Shown here one piece after another: positions 11,733 to 24,300 of a DNA stretch of 64,000 bases. The DNA comes from Ostrea edulis (taxonomy: Eukaryota). Position 1 is the first letter of the stretch, and every line of letters starts with the position of its first letter. Made by a program: the position numbers and the translations under genes. The stretch covers positions 72,292,001 through 72,356,000 of the forward strand of contig NC_079170.1 of NCBI RefSeq assembly GCF_947568905.1. The letters run 5' to 3'. The notes beneath the pieces were generated by a model that searched no databases, was not told the origin of the DNA, and saw only the letters and a list, made by a program, of their open reading frames with translations.

Positions 11733-13492
11733 CTGTAACAGACAAAAGGGAAAGATTTATTAGTTATGCATTACTCATGCTGGTGAACAGACGGTGTCTC
11801 ATTTGCATGTATCAGAATTTTTGTAAGTGTAATTTAATGACAGGAAAGTTAATATTACACTTACATCAGGGTTTTCGAAAATTTCTGGGTCCTTGTGAAT
11901 GGCTGGTGGGTACATGGCGACTTTATCCCCTTTTCTTAGGTGGTATGTGCGGCCATCCTCTGTTTGGAATTCGGTGTCCTCAGCAACACCTCGCACCATG
12001 AACACTCCACCAGATATTCTAAGTGTTTCCTTTGTTATACTGTCTGTAATGTACAAATCAAAATATCATAAGTACGGCGGTCTTAAGACATATACACAAT
12101 ATTTCTCAAGAGTTCCAATCAAGCTAGATAAATAATCTAAATAGCATACTACTTACCAAGAACTGGGAGGCGGTCGACGTCCTCCAGACTGAGCTCAATT
12201 TCACCGTCTTCGTTGACATTGTCTTCTCGTCTTTCGATGATTTCCTGGACCTCAGTTCTGAGTGCTTCCAGAGCCTCGGGATGCTCCATCAGTTGATAGA
12301 GAGCCCAGAAAGCCATTCTGAAGGTATTATAATTGACGTGGAGGTATACGAGATTGTGGCCAATGATGTCCTGCTCCGTCTGACCGTTGTCCAACATGAA
12401 ATTCATGGAAAATCGAATGTATTCAGACAGGTCTTTTCTCTTAAGAAAATCTTGGGAGTTTGGTTGATCGCACAGGAACTTAAGAGATTTCAAGGCTTCT
12501 GGGAACATGTTAACAGGCATCCCGAGCCAGAGGTAGTTGAAGTATTTGTGGAAAGTGTCGAAGTGTTTGAAGACGGTGTTGGGTTGAAATGAAGTTTCAT
12601 TGTCCATTTTGCCAAAAATTGTGAAAAATAAAGCAGAGAATAAGGTTTTGGCATTGAAAGATCTAAGTCCATCTGTATGCCAATCACTTTTTACAGCATC
12701 CATATCAGTTCTTTCGTTGACATCAACATACGCGTCGTTGAGGTATTTGGCGTATTGGTGCATTCCCTTGTTTAGGTAAGGTCCCTTTACAGTTTTTCCG
12801 GCCTCTTTGATCATTTTACGGGCGTCTGTAAGAGCGAAGCTGAAGACATTATGATTCACCTGTCGCTGAATTGCATCGAAATCAAAATTTTTCTCCTTCA
12901 CCATCCTTTCGTAGGAATGAGGATCCATTAGGATTGTTAAATGCTGGTGGAAAAGTCGAATTGTGAAAATATCTCCTAATTTTTTCTGTGTATCGTGGAG
13001 AAATTTTACAGCATTTTTATGGAACTGGTCTCCGTTCCCCCATATGAAGTGGCCTTTCGGAATGGGAGGTTCATTTTCTTTCCTGTAAATACAGCAAAAG
13101 TCAGAAATTAGCCATAAGTGTTTCCTTTTTTGCATAGTTAATACAGAAAAAATTATGCAAAGAGTTGTTAAGACATGACTTTTGTTTGCCGCTGATTAAA
13201 ATACACTATGCCAACTATCTGTTGTGGGCTTGATTTATATTTAATAAGAAGCGAAAACTGGTCTTTGTTGAAATGACAGCCTTTTGAAATCATAAATCTT
13301 TGATTAATTATAACGGACTTGGCCAATGACAAAAGTATGAATAACCAGGATGAAGCCTGGTTTAGCCGTGATATCACTGAGAAAAGGTGAGGAAAATATA
13401 AAATTAGCTTACCGTGTTCGAAACAAAAACTTGAAGTAGGCTGCTACAATCAGCACCACTATTGCTCCAATGTAGACGGTAACCGGAATCAT
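11445..13492 (-). CDS. CYP7-like: Cytochrome P450, CYP7/CYP8-like (cholesterol 7-alpha-hydroxylase / sterol 12-alpha-hydroxylase / prostacyclin synthase family); 4 coding exons join(13492-13413,13082-12157,12043-11865,11732-11445), 490 aa
   Basis: Exon lengths 80+926+179+288=1473 nt give an uninterrupted 490-codon frame plus TAA. All three introns are GT-AG with matching phases (2,1,0). Motifs: N-terminal membrane anchor, PPIPKG proline hinge, K-helix ETLR (ExxR), MYPPAIHKDPEIFENPDEYKYDRF meander region and heme Cys (FGSLCPG, Cys425). These segments align by eye with vertebrate CYP7A1 (PVLDSIIKESLR, YPQLMHLDPEIY, FKYDRY). The exact subfamily and substrate cannot be determined from sequence. 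Confidence 0.95.
11865..12043 (-). CDS. CYP7-like: P450 coding exon 3 (D-SITKETLR...FENPD)
   Basis: Acceptor acattacag at 12044, donor GAT|GTAAGT at 11864; contains ExxR. Confidence 0.95.
12157..13082 (-). CDS. CYP7-like: P450 coding exon 2 (R-KENEPPIPKG...RLPVL-G/D)
   Basis: Acceptor tatttacag at 13083, donor G|GTAAGT at 12156; lies within the 328-aa ORF 12149..13135. Confidence 0.95.
13413..13492 (-). CDS. CYP7-like: P450 coding exon 1 (signal-anchor MIPVTVYIGAIVVLIVAAYFKFLFRT-R)
   Basis: ATG at 13492 in context GCCAACATG; hydrophobic anchor; donor CG|GTAAGC at 13412; phase 2 matches the next exon. Not in the ORF track because it is short. Confidence 0.88.
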
Positions 13493-14333
13493 GTTGGCTT
13501 TCTTGGGGTAATATAAAAGTCACTTGTAAGGTATATCCGTGTAATAATTAAAACTTAGTCTTTGTATTGGCGATGAAGCAGTTACAACTTGCGGAATTCA
13601 CAACCGTTTGACAACCAAATATTCTTTAAATTCCTGGAAAACAAAAGAAAATGGATGAGTAAAATGTATTTTTTCATCACATGGTTACAAAGTCTTTAGG
13701 CAATGGAATGATGACTGGTTAATTAATCTTACAAATATAATCGTTTAAACTATGCGAAAACCGTACAATGAGATTATCTCGATATTTAAATGCACTTATA
13801 CATTGTAGCTTAGACATGTGGACTTTCATATTCCCTAATAATAGACGCGAATAGCATTTTCAAATTATTACTCATGGTGCCAAATATATAGGAAAAAGCC
13901 TTTTAGAAATTCCCCATATGTCAGACAACTCTCCAAACGACAAGCCCGGAAATGCTGATATCGAACCACTCGATACACGAGGCATTGTTTACATTTTAGT
14001 GACCGCCTCTCACATAACGGAAGGAAAAAGACTGACTGAATAAAAAAAATATCAGCTAATGCACAACCGGCAATACATATCGAGGGGAAACTAAAGTAAA
14101 AAAAAAACAAACAAAAAAACAAAAAAATCATAGTTCCGCAAGAAATGAAAGTAACTCGAAATTTACACGTGTTGTCAAGAAGTACAAGAAGCCGGTTAGG
14201 TGAAATTAACAAGATCCCACCGATAGAACTGAATTCAATTAAGTCCACGTAAAGAAATAGACACAAAGTATTAATCTAAGTCCACATGTTCTAAGAATCT
14301 GCAAGTTTTGTGTATCAGTGAGGTGAAACTTAC

Positions 14334-14440
14334 TGTCTCAAATGCAGAGTATGATAATTCACTAACGTGTGTGTCAATTTATATTTTTTCAGGAGAGGCG
14401 GGGCTTATTTTCATTCATACAAACGCGGTAGTGGGCGTGT
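14334..14440 (-). promoter_or_regulatory. Candidate core promoter and 19-nt non-coding first exon of the P450
   Basis: On the minus strand: GC boxes at 14433-14439 and 14397-14404, TATAAAT at 14383-14377, Inr-like TCATACT with A at 14352 (TATA at -31), and consensus donor GTAAGT at 14333. A pyrimidine-rich acceptor (ttttcttttgttttccag) at 13634 lies upstream of the ATG exon. Confidence 0.55.
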
Positions 14441-17400
14441 CATGCTCTCTTACGATACTACGGCTTCCATTCGTGCAATTTATTTGGGAACTTTAACTGT
14501 ACTGAATTCGCCTAACGAATAGCGTGTTATTACTGCAGGAATGTTTAGCCGCTATACTGTGTAATGAACAGGGATAAGTATTATTGTTGTGTATTTTTCT
14601 GAAGTTTTTATCACTTTTTCGATAATATTTGAACGGAAAGTATTCGATAGTCTATTGATATATATTTGCATTTCTTTAATTACAAAAGAAAAAAATATAT
14701 AAATATAAATATATTGTCTTCGTCTTTTTTTTATGAAAATAAAAAGAATTCCACTGCAGAGATTGATTTCTAAAATCAATAAGCACACGATAGATGTTTA
14801 TGTGAATATTGTTTTAGTGTGTTATGTATAATTGATATCAAATGAGTTGAAGGTTATTAATTTCACCGAAGGAAAAAAGTGTCCGAAAATACCTGATAGC
14901 AATAGTAAGGTCCATTTAGTCCCTGATTTCTGATTATGAGCGTTGAAGTGAAACTTTAAATTTTTATAGTAAATTAATGTACAATGAAATGAAAACTTTT
15001 TATATTTACATCAGGATTAAAAATAAATGAAGAATAATCAAAAAGTTTTGACGTGATTAATTGATGTAAAACCTCGTGGAAATAGTCGAAGGCAACTTCA
15101 TTCGTTGTTACAGTATATGGGAATTACATTTCCGGAAAGTGTCTCTTCCAGATTTCATAATAGAGATCAAGTAGGCGATGCAGTGAAATTTGAACTTTTA
15201 TTTTTAAAATCTTCAATCACATCCGCACCATTAATAATATTGCTGGAAAAATCAGATTTGGGTATTCCGAAATCGATTTACACGTTGTGCCAAGATCCGC
15301 TCACGTTCTCTGGGCAGTCTCGCTGTATATTTCATGTACTTTATCAGAGTGAGGTATCATTTTCACTTTCTTCACAGAATTTTTCCCTCCCGCAGAGGTT
15401 CTCAGTGTGAACTGTTCGATCTAGACGCCCTCCAGGGGCGAAAAACGGGAATAACCTTATTGAGGTCAAGCATATGGAGAGTGTGTACTCGACATTTATC
15501 TTACTTGAGGAATTACACCTACTGTAATTGTTATCATGTAATTGTGTCAAAAGTTTCAATTTAGACGTTAATACGGTATCAGGTGGGTCATTACAATTTC
15601 AACCTGCATGTACTTTCACTTCTAGCAGTGGCAATCATTTCAATTTCAACAAAATTTTCAGTTTTTGCCGTCATCGTAAATCGATTCCTCAACAAAATAC
15701 TGGAAAAAAAAGTTTCACCTTTGTACTGCAACACAACAGGCATTATACTCTACAAATTACAAATACGATATTGAAAGATAAATTTAATAGATCTAAAGCT
15801 CACGACTCGCACAGAAATTCAACCATAGCCTGTATATAACACTTTGATTTAATCGACCAATACAATTTCCTTATTTTTATTTCCGTCCACATTATATTTA
15901 TTCCCAACACTTGTGCTTCGCCATATGCACCAATTAGATTACACTTGTATATGCGGGGGTTCCTATTTCAAGACGTTTGATGGTTTCCTTTTCTTTTAAT
16001 CTGTACCCCCACTGATTCAGGGGAAAACAACAGCCAACATGTGCGAGTATTACTAATCCGCCCCCCTCACCGTTGCGTAAGCATTGTCCTTCCCTTATCA
16101 TTGACCCCCAGCAAACCAATAGTTATACAAAGCTTACTATATATTTTTCTCACTATGAGTAAGTCCGAGGGTTACCTATATGAAAGGCTATCACCTTGAT
16201 CTTTGATTTTGTATAAAGTTTTTTTTTAAAAGGGTTTTTTAGTCATCGACCAGACGCACGAAGCACTGAATAACTCAATGTTTCTGATGTCCTAAAAAGT
16301 CATGGCGTAGAGAGTTGCTCTTTGAAAAATTTCAACCCAATGTGACGAAAATTGGGGGCATTATGTTTCCTGCGTTGCCGTCCTATCTGCTGTGGTCGCT
16401 AAATAACCTCAGAAAATACTCTGCTTTTGTTTTGCGATGTACCTTAAGAGTGTACAGAACTTCAAAAGTTTAAAAAACTAGAATTTATTACAAATAATGT
16501 CAGTTCAAACATGTGTACCCAATCTTTTTTCTCGGCAATATTTGTTACAGATCTACAATTTTCATGGGTTATTTCCTAAAAATAAATTTGCAAAATCATA
16601 TTTGTTGAAATCCTTACACAGTATTTTAAAGTTTAAGAAAAGGGTAAATTTATACGAACTTTTTATTTCATTCATGTCAATACTGATGTGGTATATCCTT
16701 AATATAGATTCAATGTTCATATGTCGTTATTTTTTTTTTATTTTTGGTCAACCTTTCTAGGCCCTCCGTCACCAATCAAAATTGTGCAAGATGCAGCCCT
16801 CTTTGTTCGACGTTTCTAGGAGCGGATATGCCCAAAACTACTTTATATATATTTTTAAAATGTCAAAGTAGCATTTTGAATACTTGTAGAATAAATTTTA
16901 CTTCAAACAATTAATTAACTATCAATTAAGCAGACTTATGAGCCTGTCAAATTTCCATTAGTGGAACAAATTCCGACTAAAATTAGCCAAAGATATATCA
17001 ACGGCTAATTGGAGGGTGTCCAATTAAGGGGAAGGTGTTTTGACTCATGATTATGGTTGGATCGCATACAAGCTACCACTCACGCTCCGCAAGGCCAACT
17101 AAATGCACAAGAGGAGAGGAAATGCTTTCATTAAATGTAAGTTAAAACGATTAGCTGGCAAACAAACTACGGAATATGCCGATCTCTGACGAAGTCAGAT
17201 AAATGTATACGTGACGATTGTCGTCCGGAAATTGACGAATCGACATGTACGAGGCGGAAAGTGACGAATCGACATGTACGAGGGCCTCTCGGAAGTAGAT
17301 CACAACCTGCATCATCAGTTTGATTGTTCACGTAGAAGTGAGAAGATACTGATGTGAACAAAGGGGGACCACCGCTACTTTTAATAAATTTAATTAATGT

Positions 17401-17875
17401 ATTTAATTTCGAAATTCTGTACCAGTTATTCGAAAAATTTGCACTTCAAACGATTTAACGTCAGCGCAACCATTGAAGCTAACTAGCTTCTAACGTTAAA
17501 AATGCCAACCAGTTAAAAACGTGCAAAACTCGCATCTTCGGCATAATTAGTTGTAATTCATTTTCATTTTTTCAGTCTAAGTTAAAATTAGCTGTAATTT
17601 GGGCGTTAAAATTTTCTTCAATAAAGCATATTCTGGAATTTCTTTTCTAGTGAATTATGAGAAATGTTGCAGTTCCGACGCACTAATCCTTTGCGTAAGA
17701 ATTTTCACGTATACTTTGCAAATACCAGTACATACACGTTGCAGTAATATTCCACTGAAAAGTTAATGTAATTTCAAAGACATTGTACTTCACGAAAACC
17801 CATCTAATTTGTAAAAATATACAAATTTGAACGGGAACATGATCTTTCCATAAAGCATGTAAATATGTCTTTACA

Positions 17876-18060
17876 AGAAGGTTTTGCTAACTGGTGAATG
17901 CTCAGAAGAAGGTTTTGCTAACTGGTGAATGCTCAGAAGAAGGTTTTGCTAACTGGTGAATGCTCAGAAGAAGGTTTTGCTAACTGGTGAATGCTCAGAA
18001 GAAGGTTTTGCTAACTGGTGAATGCTCAGAAGAAGGTTTTGCTAACTGGTGAATGCTCAG
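17876..18060. repeat. 31-bp minisatellite (AGAAGGTTTTGCTAACTGGTGAATGCTCAGA)x6
   Basis: Six essentially identical head-to-tail units. Confidence 0.97.
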
Positions 18061-18199
18061 CAGAAGCATATCTAGGGCATGGATATTAATGGACAAATAT
18101 TTTTTCGACAAATCAATTATGGTACCTATCATCAACAAAATAATTAGTTATGGTTGACTTTGTTCTTTAAGCAAAAAGAGGTTTGTTTATTTATTTATT

Positions 18200-18374
18200 G
18201 GGTCCTTCGGATGAGACCGCAAAAACAGAGGCCCCGTGTCACAGCAGGTATGGCACGATAAAGGTCTCTCCCTGCTCAAAGGCCGTAAGCGCCGAATATA
18301 TGCCTAAATTTTGCAGTCTTTCACCGGCAATATTATTGAAAAATTTCTCGAGAGACGTTAAACAATATACAATC
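18200..18374 (+). mobile_element. SINE family A-related 3' fragment
   Basis: GGTCCTTCGGATGAGACCGC...CCCGTGTCACAGCAGG...GACGTTAAACAATATACAATC; collinear with 53310-53500. Confidence 0.8.
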
Positions 18375-21300
18375 ATATCAATTTCTATGATGATTTTACC
18401 TGGTATTTTATCTCAAATATTAATTTTTTGGTAATCTTGAGGAAATAAAGATGAAGTGAATGAATGATTCATACACCAGACATCTTGTACTTTGATCTCC
18501 TTATCTTTAAATCTCTTTGGTATTAGATGTAGTGTGATTAACTATGTTTTGGACGTAGAATTCACGAACGCCTTCATATCGTCATGAATACAAAACACTT
18601 TGATAGTTCAATGCTAAATTTCTAACAGGACTGAAGAGCTAATCAAGAACGAAAACGTCAATTTGAGAGCATAGTTTCAGTTCAAATACAATCAAAATTA
18701 ATAGAGGAGTCGTTCTGATGACGAACGAGAACACCAGAATCGCTGGAGAGAAAAAATAAGGACCCTTGCAATTTCCAACATGCCGCCATCTGCAATTATC
18801 ACCCTTGGTGAACATTCATGTGACCTGCATGTTAACAATTGCTCTGACGTCATACCACCAGATAGAGTTTATCAAGCAATTGACTTCTCGGAAATGCCAG
18901 GATGTGTAACAAGTCTGCATCGCCGAAAGGTTTTGGTCACCTCGGAAAGGAACGGAAAAGCTTAAGTATTTGATCGACACTGAGGCATTCGTCGATCTTT
19001 ATTAATTGATTTAAGCACAATATCGGTCAGTGAATCCGACCAACCTCATATTAACCTGGTCAAATTTGACCCATATCTAGAGGCTTCCATATGTCCTACT
19101 TGTTGTCTACAAACGCAATATTTTGCGTTCAATTGATTAAAAAACTGACACGATGGCAACGCCTTCATTGTACATAAAATGCAGTATTGTGTTTGAAAAT
19201 TAGTGTACTTTCAACTCAAAGAAATCGAACATTTTGTTAAAGATATAGGGGAAAAAACCTAAATTAAAGCTTATTTGATCCATATATTCCATTTCATTAG
19301 ATCTGTGTTTAAGATTGCCTGTGAAACAGAACACAATAGCACAAATAACCACATTATTGAAACCTTTATATTATTACAAGTATTTGGCATATGAAATAAA
19401 TTCTAAGTGAACATCCAGTCACATAAATCATCATATAGAATATCTCTAGAATATTTTCATCAATTGGACCGCAACCCTTTTTTGAAATGAAATGACAGTC
19501 ATTTTCTTCTGATTCATTCGTAAATTGTGTTTCAGTGGTCTGTGGCCGTCTAAAACAATGTTTTTGTGAAACTAAGAAACCATTATTATCATCTGCATAT
19601 AGTGGTATGTCAGCGTGAAGCTTAGTCTCAGTTGATGTATGCAAAGTAAATTAATTATGTAAATCGTTTATCAAATTGACGACTTTTGTAAATGACTACA
19701 ATAACACATGTCGATTTTTACCACGATATTCAAGGAATAAACAGGGGAGACACCATAAATCACTCGCTGCGTTGACCCCGACTCCAAATTAACAATTTGT
19801 CTGTGTTATTTACTTTTTACGCCTTGTTTGTTTTTTCTGTTAAGATATTCCCGTTTTTGTTTCTCAACCTTTTTTGTTCACTTGATACGAAGAAAACAGT
19901 GTCATTCTCCGATAAGTGGATAAGGACTTGCGTGAGGCAGCGTGTGACGCTTATGAATACAGGGGTTGTAAACAGTCGCTTTATTCATTGATTCGCTTTT
20001 CCGACCGATGACGGAGATTACCGATCATATCCGTAAACAGCCGAAAACATCGTATGACGTTTGTTATTGTAACTCGATGTGTAATGACGGTTGCATTATG
20101 TTGACTGTTTAGAGTTGGTAGAAGGTTCATCTTTTCTTTAAATCACTCGAGTGATAAATTAAACAGAAAACTATGCACTACTGTCTCCAGTTTGTAAACG
20201 TAAATGTATTCCTATGCTTCATTACGCGTCGTGGCCTTGAGCGACAGAAGTGGGTCTTTAATATTGAAACGCTTTGTACAATAGTTTCATTGACAAAACG
20301 TGGATAAACACACAATTGATGTAACGAGTAGAATGTAATTGTAAAAATTCAAGTCCCAGACGGCTGCAGTCTCTTTGTATTTCCTTTAAAAAGCATTGTG
20401 CACCTTTTACAATGCTCTTCAACAAAAATGAAAAAAAAAAAAAACCAAAACGATTTCACAATAAGCTTTTGTGAAATGGTCAAATTGGAGATGTGTGGTA
20501 CACGTGGGCTATACAATATCTATCCTACACGTATCATCATTTTGAATTTTGACTAGTACGCGAAAAACGGAAGCTAATGTCAAATATTGAATTCATAATA
20601 AATGAAGATTTCATCAGTGAAAGCCTTTTTCATGAAGTGGGTGTAAATTGATTAAAAAGAATATATTGAAATAACTGATATTTTCAATACATTTTTCGTT
20701 GACTGTTTGGTTTTCTAACCCCAGGGATGGTACTCTATCATCGAAAAAATGTGTATATCAAACAAACAAATTTGGTGTACACTACTGCGGTACGCACGCT
20801 GTAGGACCCCCGCCAGTTAGTTATGAAAACTAATTTTTCTCATTATACATTTCCTACAAAGTGACGTCGAATAGCGTCAGTAAGAAATCTGCAGACTGAA
20901 AGAGGGGGACTGCCCTTGCAGAATACGTCATTGGTTTCGTTGAAAATCACGATCTATCCTGCAAACTGTCTCCTCCACAATGGAGCAACACATTCTTTTC
21001 ACTTTGGTGATGTAATCAGCAAAACGTTTTTTGTAACGAAAATTTGAATGCAACTCGTTTATTTTTGCTCATAAAACAATTAATGAGTAAACTGACAAAA
21101 AATAGTCCAACCGGAGAGACCTCCTGGAAACAAAACAAATGAAGGATTTTCTGCTGCCGACACACAACTTCCCACCCTTTAGATGCAATTGATACGATTT
21201 GAAGGTTTATGAATGAACCTAACTAATTTTCGAATGTTACGCTGCACTCAGGGTCCTTTCGCCGAGGATTCTTCCACTGCAGTGCACTGGAAGTGTAGGT

Positions 21301-24300
21301 GGTGGGAACCCTTATAAAAAGAACTTTTGTTTTTACTTAAAGACCCGTTTTTATTAGAAATAAAATAATATCAATGTTTTGCGATGAATATCAGGTCGTG
21401 ATTTACGATACTATCAGTTAAAAGTTTGTATTTACCGATACAAACCTTCCCCCCGAGACATCTATGACGCGAATCTCAAGATCGATAAAAACTAAAGAAA
21501 CTGTGACTTCTAGGATGTTCACAATCACAAATGCAATAAACATGATGAAATGGAGAAAATTGTCCTTTTAAAAACATCGATATCAGTATGACATATTTTC
21601 ACCTGTGTGTATACTGTTTGAGCAGAAATATTCTAGACAATAAATATGCATTTTTTAAATGTTAGATAGTTGAAGAATCCAAATGTGCACACTCAAAAGG
21701 ACAATATTTACTGTCTGGTATGAGAGTCGAACTTTTTTTTAAAAATCTGCAAACATGGCATATTCTAGTAAATCTTTGTAACTCCGTCTGGAGCGGAAGA
21801 CTGTGCATTTTTTGCAGACAATTCAAACAAAATACATCAATCATTTTTCAGGTGATAAAACCTTATTCAAACATTGCGCTAATCTTTTAAAGATCTTTCA
21901 AGCTATTGCGGAAATAATACCGCGCCCTCTGAGACCACGTGACACCATGTGACATAATTTGGCGGGACGGGGAAGTTCTGGATTTTTTTCTTCTACGTTT
22001 ACAAATTATGACTAAAGTACGGACTTTGCGTCACAGCCACGGGACGAGCACTGCAAGAAGTCCAGCCTGAATTTGAGAAGCAATCCAATTCACTTTAATA
22101 GTCACCGCATAGGATGAGATAAACACCTCAAATATGCTAATTGTTCTCCAAGGTGCTAATTCTATCCAGGATTTAATCAATGCGATTGCTTAATTCCTAG
22201 GAACCCGAGGAATTTGAAGGACCTGACAAACTTTAGAATACTTCAAATTTTACGTAGTGGAAGTTTAATATTTTATATAATAATTACCGACAGATTACAA
22301 CCGCCGCTTGCTTACGTCAAGCATACGATTTCCCGTTGATCGTTGGCGTAACTAGCCCGAGTTTGCATTGATTTATAGGTGATTGTTTCGCCGCGGTAGC
22401 CCCCGACACGAGGGTACGCTCTCCACACACAACTTCCAGCGATTCACTTTCTTGTCGTCTCTGGCATATTAAAACCAATCAAAGAATTTATCGTTTTCAT
22501 AGTTTACCTCCCGTCGGGGGTCGTGAAATTTTCTATACCGTAATACCGTGTTTGACGTGCAGTTGCATCCTTCTTCCATGTATGCTAGTCGATATCGGTG
22601 AAAAAATAAATACTTGTAAACGGATATTAGTCAATCCCACGTAGCTCCTCCAGAAGATGGACTTAATTGCACACGTAGTTAATTTCGAGGGATAATTGTT
22701 CCGACCGTGCAAGGTACACCGGATATTTAGGCGATTTAGATGCTTTTTCAAGCCACCTTTGAACATATCCCCTATACCGCTAGGGATCCCCCTTGTAGAG
22801 TCATCGTGCAAGGTTTGTCAGAAATGCATTGGGTATTTTTAAACTTCCCATTTGCAAATTAAGAAAAAATTGTGATTTATCTATGCGCCTCTGCATTTCT
22901 GAATCCAATATAGTGAAAAATGTCAACCGCATGTTGCATTGGGAGAGCAAATACCGAGAACTACATGACGAAAATGGAAATTTGCCTACCCCGGACCGTT
23001 ATATTAACATTTGGTCCACTTTAAGATATTTTTTAATGCGATATCAACAACTTAGAATAAGCTGAGGAAAATTACTCCACATACCTTGATAGATTCCGCA
23101 AATACAATGATGTCCGTACACACAAAGAATGACTCTTGTGATTTGGAAGAAAAGCAGCATCATGAATCGCTCGTGATTTATTGCAAGAAAACATTGACAC
23201 ATTACAAATAAACAAACAAGCCTAGATATAAGTAAAGGTAAGTTATAACAGATTGCGGCTCTGGTGGGATGCCACGCGGGAGTCACTCCTCCAGTATTCA
23301 GGTCACAGTGAGGGGGGACCTGTGACGATGTCTCCTGGATGTTGTACAAGCTCGGCATGTATACAAGATAACTACAAGATGGTGCTCACCCAATCAAATC
23401 TTGGTGCTCACACATTTCGTATTCAAGGTTACCTATATCAGGAAATCAGCTATTACGATTACACAGAATCTTAGGAATTGGCTCATGTTAAGATGATATG
23501 CCAGGATGAAGGGCTTATTATAGTAAAATAGAATATTTCTGCTATTTTCCCCAGTAAATATACAAGTAATATGTACTAATTTTCAAACAATAACTAACCA
23601 GACATTTCAATTATTGCGTGTAATTTTACACTTTTATTTTCAATATGTTATAATTTATTACTTATTCAACAAAAGGCGGACGTGACATGTAATATATTTG
23701 AGAACGAGAGTGGCTATTGGTCTCTTTACTTCCTCGATTGCAAGAAATCGAAAGATAAAATATATTCTACTCTCAATGCAGATAAGAAGCTTGTATTGCA
23801 ACAACAGTACATGTACTATAATTATTTTTAAAACAGGTGAGATTTTTTACTAATATCATCAATGTTACATTGACTCTGAGTTTCGTTACGAAAAAGAAGC
23901 GAGAAAAGTTAAAACCACCCGACTCACCATTGTGTTTCTATTCTTGCATTTTTCTCTCTTTGGTAAAGGAAATAAGAAATTAAGACGTATAGGACACGTG
24001 AGATTTGCATATTTTCGGGTTTGATTAAGACATCACTTCAACAGTCCCCCTTTTTATTATGTAAATATGAACTTGTGGGATTTAAACCGAATGATGATAT
24101 AAAACATCTTTTGTGATATTTTTAAATGCATTTATCTATTGTGCTAGTAGTTACCGTGAAGAGCCGAAATATACGATTCATTTCCGTTTAAATGTTCATG
24201 TAAACAAGCCAACAGGACAAGAATCATTTTCAAAAGAAGCGAATTAGCATATATGACCAGAAATCTGATAAATCGGAAGCTTGTAGGTTGAATTTTGTTT

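Noticed and set aside
12281-12687. ORFs 12281..12592 (+) and 12490..12687 (-)
   Set aside because: Antisense or alternative-frame shadows of P450 exon 2.
15405-15470. Nuclear-receptor half-sites (TGAACT, AGGTCA) upstream of the P450
   Set aside because: Isolated hexamers without proper DR or IR spacing; expected by chance.
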